DNA of 63,637 nt, the filler included, from Octopus bimaculoides (Eukaryota), in assembly GCF_001194135.2 (NCBI RefSeq). It is 7 parts of 6 records of this genome, joined end to end, with 100 filler letters (N's around TTAATTAATTAA, not from the genome) between each part and the next. Parts side by side here need not be neighbours in the genome. Positions count along the whole stretch, not along the records: positions 40,401 to 56,734 come from NC_068983.1; positions 56,835 to 59,156 come from NC_068983.1; positions 59,257 to 61,036 come from NC_069000.1; positions 61,137 to 63,637 come from NW_026338905.1; 3 more parts are not named here. One strand, written 5' to 3'. A model generated the notes under the pieces. It ran no database searches, was not told the origin of the DNA, and saw only the letters and a program-made list of their open reading frames with translations. This document shows, piece after piece, positions 53,181 through 63,637 of this stretch. Each line of letters begins with the position of its first letter. The stretch's first letter is position 1. A program made the position numbers and the translations under genes.

Positions 53181-53185
<5 letters not shown>
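52741..53185 (-). mobile_element. RTE-clade LINE fragment (EN-RT linker and RT N-terminus)
   Basis: WRCHYERLLN, KGKAPSPSGITAEML, IPSDW, NYRGIKSL...MKV.ERV, MQFGF. Confidence 0.92.
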
Positions 53186-53222
<37 letters not shown>

Positions 53223-53504
53223 CATTGAAATTCATTCATTTAATAAATATTTTTATAATGAATTTTATAATGAATTTGTATTTCGGCTTGTAGCTGATCT
53301 GTCATATAATGACATGTCAAACAAAAGGTTATGCATGTCTGTGGAGTGCTCAGCCACTTGCATATTAATTTCACAAGCAGGCTGTTCTGTTGATTGGATT
53401 GAGTGGAACACTCATCACCTTAAGCCAATGGAGTTCCAGTTAAGTGAAAGTTATTTTACTAAAATCCTTCCAAATCCTTGATTATTTGTAAAATTAATTT
53501 AAAC

Positions 53505-53925
53505 ATAGGCACAGGAGTGGCTTTATGGTAAGAAGCTTGTATACCAACTACATGGTTCTGGGTTCAATCCCACTGAGTGGCATCTTATGCAAGTGTCTTT
53601 TATTTATAGCCTCGGATTGACCAAAGCCTTGTGAGTGGATTTGGTAGATGGAAACTGAATGAAGCCCATCATGTCTATATGTGCATGTCTGTGTGTGTGT
53701 GTGTGCATGTCTGTGTTTGTCCCCCACTACAGGTTAACAACAACCAGTGTTGGTGTGTTTATGTCCCTGTAACTTGGCAGTTCAGCAAAAGAAACTAATA
53801 GACTAAGTACCAGGCTTAAAAAATTTTGTTTTAAAAAGTACTGGGGTCAATTCATTCAACTAAAAATTCTTCAAGGTGGTGCCCCAATGGCCACAGTTTG
53901 ATGACTGAAACAAGTAAAAGTATAA
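53505..53925 (+). mobile_element. Family A SINE (CpG-decayed)
   Basis: Homology to the other copies. Confidence 0.88.
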
Positions 53926-53952
53926 AGGAACATATACTCTGATTTAAATGAG

Positions 53953-54122
53953 TCTAGGGCATTTAACCCCCCCCCCCATGGACAATAACTCCCTAAGGAC
54001 AATTACCCCTGAGGACAACAGATGATAATTTAAAACTTCTTAATATATTGGAGAGTGGGTAATTAACCAAGAGGGGTAATTGTTCTAGGGGATAGTTGTC
54101 CTCAGTGGGGAATTGCCCTATG
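53953..54122. mobile_element. Small foldback MITE (MULE-like)
   Basis: AGGGCATT / AATTGCCCT ends; GGACAATTACCCC and GAGGACAAC inverted as GGGGTAATTG and GTTGTCCTC. Confidence 0.5.
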
Positions 54123-54133
54123 TATTAATTAAA

Positions 54134-54459
54134 GTGAAGGCACATGGCTTAGTGGTTAGGGCATTCGGCTCTCGATTGTAAGGTCGTGAGTTCGATTCCC
54201 GGCGACGCGTTGTGTCCTTGAGCAAGACACTTTATTTCCCATTGCTCCAGTCCACTCAGCTGGCAAAAGTGAGTAGTACCTGTATTTCAAAGGGCCGGCC
54301 TTGTCCCACTCTGTGTCACGCTGAATCTCCCTGAGAACTACATTAAGGGTACATGTGTCTGTGGATTGCTCAGCCACTTGCGCGTTAATTTCATGAGCAA
54401 GCTGTTCCATTGATCGTATCAGCTGGGACCCTCGTCGTCGTAACCGATGGAGTGCTCCT
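54134..54459 (+). mobile_element. Family C SINE, full length
   Basis: A box TGGCTTAGTGG, B box GAGTTCGATTCC; imperfect TSD TAT(T/C)AATTAAA at 54123-54133 and 54460-54470. Confidence 0.9.
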
Positions 54460-55044
54460 TATCAATTAAAACACAGATGCTTTAATTTAAATATATTTAA
54501 ACACAGAGATGCTTTGATTTAAATATAGTTGTTCTGATTTAAACACTGATGTTCTCATTTAAACATATAAATGATCTTATGATGGTGGTAATATTAAATC
54601 TTCAGATACAATGCCTTGTACTATTTACTTCAGTTCCCTGTACACTGAGTTCAAATACTACCAACTTAGTTCTTCATCCTTTCAAGTTTGTAAATAAATA
54701 TAGCACCTGTCTAGTATTGGGTCAATTTTTCTCTCTTCCTCCCTGTCTATGTTGTCCATCCTATTCACCCCGTCTATGCCACTCATGCTATCTGTACTGT
54801 GCATCTCTCTGTCCCATTCATCCATTCGTCCATCCCTCTGTTTGTCTGTCTGTCTGTCTGTCCGTCTATCCATCTCTTGTTCCCTTTTGATCGAACTCCC
54901 CACTTTTTTCCCTTCCTACCATCCCTTTTAATCGACACACCCCTGCTTTTTTTTTTCTTTTCCTTCCCCCTCCCAAAAAGAAAAGCTCTACATTGTATTT
55001 GTCCCAACTTTGTTGAGCCCTGTGTGGCTAATAAAAGAAATGCA

Positions 55045-55146
55045 TCTATTTATCTATCTATTAATCTATCTGTCTGTCTGTCTGTCTATCTATCTATTTA
55101 TCTATCCATCTATCTATCTATTTACCTATTTATCTATCCACCCATC

Positions 55147-55191
<45 letters not shown>

Positions 55192-55196
55192 GTCTA

Positions 55197-55244
<48 letters not shown>

Positions 55245-55285
55245 ATAGATATTAGACAACTATCTATTTTATCTATTTATCTGTG
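55045..55285. repeat. (TCTA)/(TCTG) compound tetranucleotide array
   Basis: Direct reading. Confidence 0.95.
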
Positions 55286-56356
55286 TGTATTTGTTTGTAT
55301 GTATAAGAAATTGGCTAGATTAAGTCTTAGAGAGGGATGGACTCTGCTAGGGTTAAAATGTTTACGACATTCTATATATCATGAAGGTGCTCCCACAACT
55401 CCAACAGTAGTTAAGAGCCCAAAGAAGGGAAAGTATATTTCAATAAAAAATATGGTCACAAGGGAGTTTTATATAAATTGCTAAATAAGTCAAATTGAAA
55501 AAAAAAAGTAACTAAATTTTGCTTACATTGGATGCTGAACTTTCACTCTATCAAACACACGTATCCCCCCCCCCCCNNNNNNNNNNAAAAACCACATTTT
55601 CTCTTTCTCTCACCCCACCTCTCTCCCTCTCTGTTGAAGCAGGTGTAGTGTTGTAGGACAGGCAAGTCATCCACAGCATTCCTCTGATGTTTGCTTATTT
55701 TTTTTTTTCTGTTTTCTTTCCCCACTTTTTTGTTTATCTCTCTAATCACTTCCTTCTATTTTTATTTTGTATTTTTGTTACCACTATTTCTTTATCACTC
55801 GGTGACCTCGAAAGAAATTCAAACAAATTTTATTTGGATACACTTAACAGCAAATGAAAATATTTTTGACACACTTTGTTCATAAAGCGAAAGTAAAAAA
55901 GAAATGACTGAAATAGATCTTACCTGCAATATTATATACAGTGGTGTAGGTAATGTTAAACAAGTGATTTGTAACATTTAACAATAATATCCCAGTTACT
56001 ATCAATAATCACATCTTAAATACTTCTTATTCCTAGTTGTAATTTTTGTTATCTTCACCTTTTCACCAAATTGACATTTAAGTCTCATTGATTGATGTGT
56101 GCAAATTATTTTCTTTTGCAAATGTGATTCTAGTATCATAGCAAAACCAATCCTACTTAGAAGTTTTGTAGCAAAAGTGGAGACATTTTTATTTGTTTCT
56201 ACTTGAAGAGAATTATCATAATTTAAGAACATCCCACACAATATTTATCAGTCAACTCAACAATAGGTTCATATTACATTAATGACACTTATTTGTTTTA
56301 CCTTAACCAACAGTCGTAGATTCAGTGTTCCAAAGTCAGAAGACATTTTTATATAT

Positions 56357-56734
56357 TACTAGCAGAGATACCCGGCGTTGCCCGTGTTACATGCAATTGA
56401 AAAATGAGACTTTTCTGTTATATTTTCTGTAAGGAACTGGAATACATATGATTCGAATTTCATCAAAATTGCACATGAGGGTTCTTTCCCTCTTTACACA
56501 CCCTAAAAAAATTCTAATCATGAGACATGTATCCCATACTATTGATCTTTATGCGCATATTCCAAAATTTCAGTCTTCTGGAACCTGTGAAATGGAGCTC
56601 ATGGAGCTCTAAAATGTGGGAATGAAGGCCCCTATTGGGGGTGGGGGTGTTAATGTCAACCAGAGAAGTTGAATTGTTGGGAAATGTTTTTACTTGGGTC
56701 TTATAGTATGCCTGTATATATGTGAGAGTATAGT
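56357..56734. mobile_element. Helitron/HINE-like terminus and body, cut by the linker gap
   Basis: ACTAGCAGAGATACCCGGCGTTGCCCG is the reverse complement of the hairpin+CTAG end seen at 11990-12017. Confidence 0.6.
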
Positions 56735-56834
56735 NNNNNNNNNNNNNNNNNNNNNNNNNNNNNNNNNNNNNNNNNNNNTTAATTAATTAANNNNNNNNNN
56801 NNNNNNNNNNNNNNNNNNNNNNNNNNNNNNNNNN

Positions 56835-57230
56835 ATACATGTCTGGAGACAGGACGTCAAGAAACATGGACTAAAAAAGTAACGGGAATATAAACAAAGC
56901 ACAAAAAAACGGACCTTTTTTACGGACAACAGAATGAACACATAAGAAAACAGACAAGCCACTTATGGTACTATTCCTTCATCAGCTGCCTCTATTCTAA
57001 ACTAGGCGTTTTGAAGATGAGGCAGAATGCGATCTTAGAATAGCTCTTCCCGCGAAGTGGATTAACCTACTAACCGGAGGATTTCAACGTAGCAAACAAA
57101 AACCAAGACAGGAAAAATTAAACAGTGAAACCAAAGTTAAAGGCCGTTTGTATCTGCTTTGCAAGATTTTTTTGCAACCTTGTCAGTGGATGTTAACTCT
57201 GTTATTGGAGTTTTTTTTTTACTCTGTCCT
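56835..57230 (-). mobile_element. Putative Penelope-type terminal repeat remnant
   Basis: GGCAGCTGATGAAGG motif followed by a T-rich tail; no coding support. Confidence 0.35.
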
Positions 57231-57461
57231 TCATTACAGGAATCATTTCAATCGGAGTATTTTAAAGATAATTACTAAGTAAGAGTCGAAATAAGTATAT
57301 CTCTGTATATACCGTATCCGGACACTCACGCATATAGTAATGCATATACAGATATATCCTTACACTTATGTATGATATCGTGCACACAAGCAAGAGTAAA
57401 CGTCCTTATGTATATATGTATATGTGTGTGTGTATTTGGGCGAGTGTGTGCGTGCGTGTGC

Positions 57462-57499
<38 letters not shown>

Positions 57500-57675
57500 G
57501 GAAAATTCACAAAAAAAAAACAAAAGACGAAGATAGGTGGTGTAGACAACAAACAGATATAATAGTTTAACGCTCGGGAAGCGAAAACCTCTAACGTTTT
57601 GAGCTTACGCAGTTCCACAGAAAGAAGCACAGAAAGAACCTGGGAGAGAAAATAAAGAATAAGTAGTGGCTAGCG
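57500..57675 (-). repeat. Interspersed repeat tail with a degenerate hammerhead-like motif
   Basis: Tail shared with 10588-10642; motif at 57588-57625. Confidence 0.5.
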
Positions 57676-58230
57676 NNNNNNNNNNNNNNNNNNNNNNNNN
57701 NNNNNNNNNNNNNNNNNNNNNNNNNNNNNNNNNNNNNNNNNNNNNNNNNNNNNNNNNNNNNNNNNNNNNNNNNNNNNNNNNNNNNNNNNNNNNNNNNNNN
57801 NNNNNNNNNNNNNNNNNNNNNNNNNNNNNNNNNNNNNNNNNNNNNNNNNNNNNNNNNNNNNNNNNNNNNNNNNNNNNNNNNNNNNNNNNNNNNNNNNNNN
57901 NNNNNNNNNNNNNNNNNNNNNNNNNNNNNNNNNNNNNNNNNNNNNNNNNNNNNNNNNNNNNNNNNNNNNNNNNNNNNNNNNNNNNNNNNNNNNNNNNNNN
58001 NNNNNNNNNNNNNNNNNNNNNNNNNNNNNNNNNNNNNNNNNNNNNNNNNNNNNNNNNNNNNNNNNNNNNNNNNNNNNNNNNNNNNNNNNNNNNNNNNNNN
58101 NNNNNNNNNNNNNNNNNNNNNNNNNNNNNNNNNNNNNNNNNNNNNNNNNNNNNNNNNNNNNNNNNNNNNNNNNNNNNNNNNNNNNNNNNNNNNNNNNNNN
58201 NNNNNNNNNNNNNNNNNNNNNNNNNNNNNN

Positions 58231-58264
<34 letters not shown>

Positions 58265-59256
58265 CTCTCTCTCTCTCTCTCACTCTCTCTCTCTTTCTAG
58301 CTCTCTCTCCCCCCTCTCTCTCTCTCTTTCTCTCTCTCCCCCTCTCTCTCTTGCACCTTTTTTCACTTCTCTCCTTTTCTCTCTCTTGCTTCCCAATGTC
58401 TCTCTATCCTGTCTCGCTCTCCCTACAAACTTGAAACTCAGACACAGACACACACATATACATACATACACAAGCACACGCAAACACATATATTTGGATT
58501 TAGATATAGATATTTGTATTAACGAACGACGTTTAGAATTTATGAGAGCTGTTTCGATAGAAGTTTATTTGATATAGTCGTAAAAGGCGCTAGCCCAACT
58601 GATGTTGTCAATGGCCAGATAGACTACTTCAAATCTTACCTGTATGGAATTTAACTGTTGATGTTGGATTGTATTAACGTATTATAATTTATGCGTTTAT
58701 GGCAACATTAATTAAAATTGCATTGCAACAGCTGCCGTACATTTCAAACACCATTCGTGCCTACTATTTTAATCCTAAGCAACACCAAGGAACGACGAGT
58801 GAGTCATATGTATAGTTACAAATTGGTTACAAATTGGATTCTTATTTCTTTTTGTTTTTGTTTTGTTTTTTATTTGTTTTGTTTTTTTCACACTGTGAGT
58901 TCTGTGTTTGTACGTAGCCGCTTTCTGGTGTTCTACAACTTTGATAAGACTTGATTGTTAAGGAAGCAAGGAATCTTATATATAGACGATTTTCAGTTCC
59001 CTTCAAATGACTCCACTCACAGAACATTGGTAAGCCCGAGGTCCTAGCAGAAGTCACTTGCCTATGTTCGTACAGGTGAGACTTAAGGCGGAACCATGTA
59101 GTGGAGAATCAAACTCCTAACCAAGTAGGCGCGCCAGTATATATATATATATATATNNNNNNNNNNNNNNNNNNNNNNNNNNNNNNNNNNNNNNNNNNNN
59201 TTAATTAATTAANNNNNNNNNNNNNNNNNNNNNNNNNNNNNNNNNNNNNNNNNNNN

Positions 59257-59298
<42 letters not shown>

Positions 59299-59354
59299 GA
59301 GGGGCTGCTGAAAAGCGCGTTTAAGGGCATCGCGAAAGTTCTGCAGTGTGTTAA

Positions 59355-59545
59355 ATTATAAGGCACCAAAAGAGAATGACTCTCCCAAAGCACAACATCG
59401 ACCCCATTGGTCCACTGGTACTTAATTTATCGGCCCCCGAAAGGATGAAAGGCAAAGTGAACCTCGGCGGAATTTGAACTCAGGACGTAGCATCGGGGCG
59501 AAATACCGCTAAGCATTTCGTCCGGCGTGCTAATGATTCTACGAG
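59355..59545 (-). mobile_element. Family B SINE
   Basis: GGATGAAAGGCAAAGTGAACCTCGGCGGAATTTGAACTCAG. Confidence 0.85.
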
Positions 59546-60671
59546 AGAAGAGAGAGAAAGAGGGACATAACAGGCATATATACATTATACACACACTATA
59601 CAAATAGACATACAATTTCTATGCATTTTGAATGTAAAACTTGTCAACAGGTCATGTGTGAAATGACATTGTGCGTTGAAGTGGGACAAAATGAAAGAAA
59701 AAATCAAGGTCATCACGTGATATCACACAACCGCACACCTGGACACCATGCTACCGTACACTAACACATCACGCTCCCCGCTGCACACAATGCCACACGA
59801 CACGACCAAATCACACCACCAGTTGTTTGAATCTGCTGGTAATAGCAACCAAATCTCATTGTGCTGTATTAAAAGAACAGAAAAAAAAAGAAACACCGAA
59901 GGGATGAAAGGACGCCTTGCCGAATGTAATTCTGTGCATATTAAATAGAACGGGACGATCACAGCTGGAATTGTTGGTTGTTCAGCCTTGACTAACCTTG
60001 TGCTAAATAACATCATCAATAAACCATGTCACACAACGCTTCAATGTAACAAAACATACACAAGTCACACCTTGACACCATACAACATGTCATTCAAATA
60101 CACACTAAAACAACACCGCACCACAATACTAGCACTAAATGCAACACAGATCATGTGTCGGCAGCCAGCTAGAAAAGATGTTTTCCTGGGGCTAAAAAGT
60201 AGTAACATCTTCCTACGTAGGAATGCCACTTTGCGTTGGCAAATTGACTTTATATATATATATATATNNNNNNNNNNNNNNNNNNNNNNNNNNNNNNNNN
60301 NNNNNNNNNNNNNNNNNNNNNNNNNNNNNNNNNNNNNNNNNNNNNNNNNNNNNNNNNNNNNNNNNNNNNNNNNNNNNNNNNNNNNNNNNNNNNNNNNNNN
60401 NNNNNNNNNNNNNNNNNNNNNNNNNNNNNNNNNNNNNNNNNNNNNNNNNNNNNNNNNNNNNNNNNNNATATTAAATTAAAATTACGATAAACGTAAACAA
60501 ACAAACGAAGTTTGCTTTTAGAAGCGTTGAGATGTCTTAGAAAGTTAAAGAAGTGATTTTAAATTCTCAATCGCAGGATAATGCTAATAATATAGCCTGA
60601 ACAGGATAAACTACCCCTATTTTGCAGAAAAAAAGTGTAGGTGGTTAGCTATACCCCTGCGCGTATATATA

Positions 60672-60938
60672 TATTATTTAATAAACACAATATATGTTTT
60701 TACGTGCTACTATTAGTTTCATGTGTTGAGAGCATGCCAGACAGTATTTTTTTAACACGCCTGGTGTCCTAGCACAATCATCAGACACTTTCCACATGAC
60801 GTAAAAAAAACTAAAACTGGGCAGTGCTTGATGATTGCGCTAGGACACCAGACGTGTTAAAAATACTGTCTGACAGTTTCTTAGCTCATGAAACTAATAG
60901 TAGCACATAAAAACATATATTGTGCTTATTAAATAATA
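60672..60938. mobile_element. Near-perfect foldback element (~118-bp arms, ~30-nt loop), MITE-like
   Basis: The left arm TATTATTTAATAAACACAATATATG...CAATCATCAGACACT is the reverse complement of the right arm, with roughly 90% identity by eye. Confidence 0.85.
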
Positions 60939-61002
60939 TTTATCTCTCACCAGATGGATTACTTTTTGTTGATCTAACCTTCACGGTACAGTACACGGAA
61001 CA

Positions 61003-61036
<34 letters not shown>

Positions 61037-61624
61037 NNNNNNNNNNNNNNNNNNNNNNNNNNNNNNNNNNNNNNNNNNNNTTAATTAATTAANNNNNNNN
61101 NNNNNNNNNNNNNNNNNNNNNNNNNNNNNNNNNNNNGAGAAAAAAAATTGAATAGTGTTCAGTCAACGGTCAATCATAATAATATGGATAGATACATACA
61201 TACTTATACGCACAACCATGCACAAACCTACACACTTGCACATAAATACATACGCATGCAAACACGCACGCACGAACACACACATATACAAAAATGCCTG
61301 TGAAGAAACGACATGCCACGACATGTGTGAATATTGACCAAGTCGTGGCTGATGGATTGACAAGAAAAAATGAAAACTGTGTCATGTTAACATACTGTCT
61401 AATGTGCATATTGCCTTTTATTCCTGGTGCAACCTGACTGATACTCACGATGTAGTATACACTATGTACACCCAATATACCACGCTTAACCAAACAACTA
61501 AATCAATCTTCTCGATTATCTTATTTGCTAGAAATAATAGTAATCCTCTTTCCATTCGTACCTCACTCTCCGAAACATTTATGGGCGCGTCGCATAATGT
61601 AGTTTTCAAGGAGATAAAATCTTT

Positions 61625-61830
61625 CTAACTTTGGCGCAAGTTACATCGTCCCCAGTACATGGCTGGTACTTCATTTCATCGAGCCCAAAAAGAAAAAAAA
61701 AAAAAAAAAAAAAAAAAAGAAAAATAGAAGTCGACATGAGCCGAATTTGAACTCAGGAAATAATGAATCCGAAGAAATAGTACCGCTCAGCATTTTCCTC
61801 TGGCGCGGTTCCAATTCAGCCAGCTCATGA
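61625..61830 (-). mobile_element. Family B SINE with an internal A-run expansion
   Basis: GTCGACATGAGCCGAATTTGAACTCAG and head homology. Confidence 0.7.
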
Positions 61831-61879
61831 AATGATGGGAGAAATATGTAAAAAGTATACACGGTATACGGCATAAACA

Positions 61880-62110
61880 GAAGATAAAGCTATGCATAGA
61901 CGCAGGCACGGCTGTGTGTTAAAACGCTTGCTTCCTACCCATATGGTTCCGGGTTCAGTCTCACTGCGTGGATCCTTGGGCAGGTGTCTTCTACTATAAC
62001 CTCGAGCTGACCAATGCCTTGTGAGTGGATTTGGTAGACAGAAACTAAAAGAAGCTCGTCGACTGTATATAAGTATATATCTGTGTGTGTATTGTCTTTC
62101 TGTCTGTGTT
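61880..62110 (+). mobile_element. Family A SINE, 3' half missing
   Basis: Head and CORE-like domain intact; ends at the microsatellite where the 21-bp array starts. Confidence 0.85.
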
Positions 62111-62112
62111 AG

Positions 62113-63637
62113 TTGCCTCAGACACGCTTCTAATTGCTTCTTCCATGCTTCTAATTGCCCCTTCCATGCTTCCAATTGCATCATCCATGCTTTTACTAGT
62201 CTCAGCCATGCCTCTAATTGTCTCAAACATGCTTCTAATTGCCTCAGCCATGCATCTAATTGCTTCATACATGCTTCAAATTGCCTCAATCATGCTTGTA
62301 ATTGCCTCATCCATGCTTCTAATTGCCTCAGCCATGCTTCTAATTGCCTCTTCCATGCTTCTAATTTCCTCATCCCTGTTTCAAATTGCCTCGTCCCTGT
62401 TTCTAATTGCCTCATCCGTGCTTTTAATATTCTCAGCCATGTTTCTAATTGCCTCATCCATGCTTCTAATTGCCTCAGCCATTGCATCTAATTGCTTCAT
62501 ACATGCTTCTAATTACATCTTCCGTGCTTCTAATTGCCTCAGCCATGCTTCTAATTGCTTCATCCGTGCTTCTAATTGCCTCATCCATGCTTCTCATTAC
62601 ATCATCCATACCTTTAATAGCCTCAGTCATGCTTCTAATTGCCTCTCCCATGCTTCAAATTGCCTCAATCATGCTTGTAATTGCCTCATCCATGCTTCTA
62701 ATTGCCACAGCCATGCTTCTAATTGCCTCTTCCATGCTTCTAATTTCCTCATCCCTGTTTCTAATTGCCTCATCCCTGTTTCTAATTGCCTCATCCATGC
62801 TTTTAATATTCTCAGCCATGTTTCTAATTGCCTGATCCATGCTTCTAATTGCCTCAAAAATGCTTCAAATTGTCTCATCCATGCCTTTAATAGCCTCATC
62901 CATGCCTCTAATTGCTTCAGCGTGCTTCTAATTGCCTCTTCCATGCCTCTAATTTCTTCATCCATGCTTCTAATTGCCTCTTCCATGCCTCTAATTGCCT
63001 CNNNNNNNNNNTCTTCATCCATGCTTCTAATTGCCTCTTCCATGCCTCTAATTGCCTCATCCATTCTTTGAATGGCCACAGCCATGCTTCTAATTACCCA
63101 CCCACCCTCCGGAGTGCCTCATCCATGCTTCTAATTGCCTCTTCCAGGCTTCTAATTGCCTCAAAAATGCTTCTAATTCCCTCATCAATGCTTTGAATTG
63201 CCTCTCACATGCTTCTAATTTCGTCAGCCATACTTCCAATTGCCTCATCCATGCTTCTAATTGCTTCCTCCCTGCTTTAATTGCGTCAGTCATGCTTCTA
63301 ATTGCCTCTTCCATGCTTCTAATTGCCTCTTCCATGCTTCTAATTGCCTCATCCATGCTTCTAATTGCATCTTCCATGCTTCTAATTGCCTCATCCATGC
63401 TTTTAATATTCTCAGCCATGTTTCTAATTGCCTCATCCATGCTTCTAATTGCCTCAAAAATGCTTCTAATTGTCTCATCCATGCCTTTAATAGCCTCATC
63501 CATGCCTCTAATTGCTTCAGCGTGCTTCTAATTGCCTCTTCCATGCCTCTAATTTCTTCATCCATGCTTCTAATTGCCTCATCCACCCTTCTAATTGCCT
63601 CTTCCATGCTTCTAATTCCCTCATCAATGCTTTGAAT
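62113..63637. repeat. 21-bp satellite (CATGCTTCTAATTGCCTCATC)n, ~70 units, with higher-order structure; runs off the window
   Basis: Direct reading; blocks of variant units recur at a ~379-bp offset. Confidence 0.95.

Noticed and set aside
55925-56000. Minus-strand CAG|GTAAG donor with a short open frame (NVTNHLFNITYTT)
   Set aside because: Lacks the W and LPQF motifs and the ~140-bp length expected of the preceding exon.
58640-58680. Strong minus-strand donor preceded by PTSTVKFHT, resembling loop C of the upstream exon
   Set aside because: In-frame stop immediately upstream; all frames closed within ~40 nt.
61430-61600. Minus-strand KIDLVVWLSVVYWVY resembling an M4 end
   Set aside because: Lacks the SR..FP..F core and lies on the wrong side of the M1 exon.
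62021-63635. Overlapping ORFs of up to 328 aa (HASNCLI, MLLIASS, MRQLEAW) as real genes
   Set aside because: Expected from a stop-free 21-bp unit; frames are broken by stops and an indel. Kept only as a hypothesis in findings.

Overview
AT-rich, microsatellite-dense eukaryotic scaffold with many gaps. The repeat families look like those of an octopod/coleoid cephalopod; this is my inference, not a database result. Only one host coding exon is supportable: a 153-bp minus-strand exon (27548-27700) of a GABA/glycine-type Cys-loop ligand-gated ion channel, covering loop C end, M1 and the anion-selective PAR motif. It has canonical splice sites and a TACTAAC branch point. The rest is intron-like or intergenic DNA filled with at least four tRNA-derived SINE families, remnants of mariner, Tc1, hAT, R4/Dong, L1/Tx1, RTE and Penelope elements, MITEs, Helitron-like ends and minisatellites. 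The most interesting observation is a tRNA-headed SINE (two copies, 4511-4768 and 42199-42567) whose 3' half holds a minimal type I hammerhead-ribozyme motif; the two copies together reconstruct the canonical catalytic core. Also notable are a ~16-kb CpG-depleted block bounded by artificial scaffold linkers and a 21-bp higher-order satellite at the window end. Most ORFs in the supplied track are microsatellite or N-gap artefacts. Repeat boundaries are approximate (read by eye) unless a target-site duplication (TSD) or terminal inverted repeat (TIR) is quoted.
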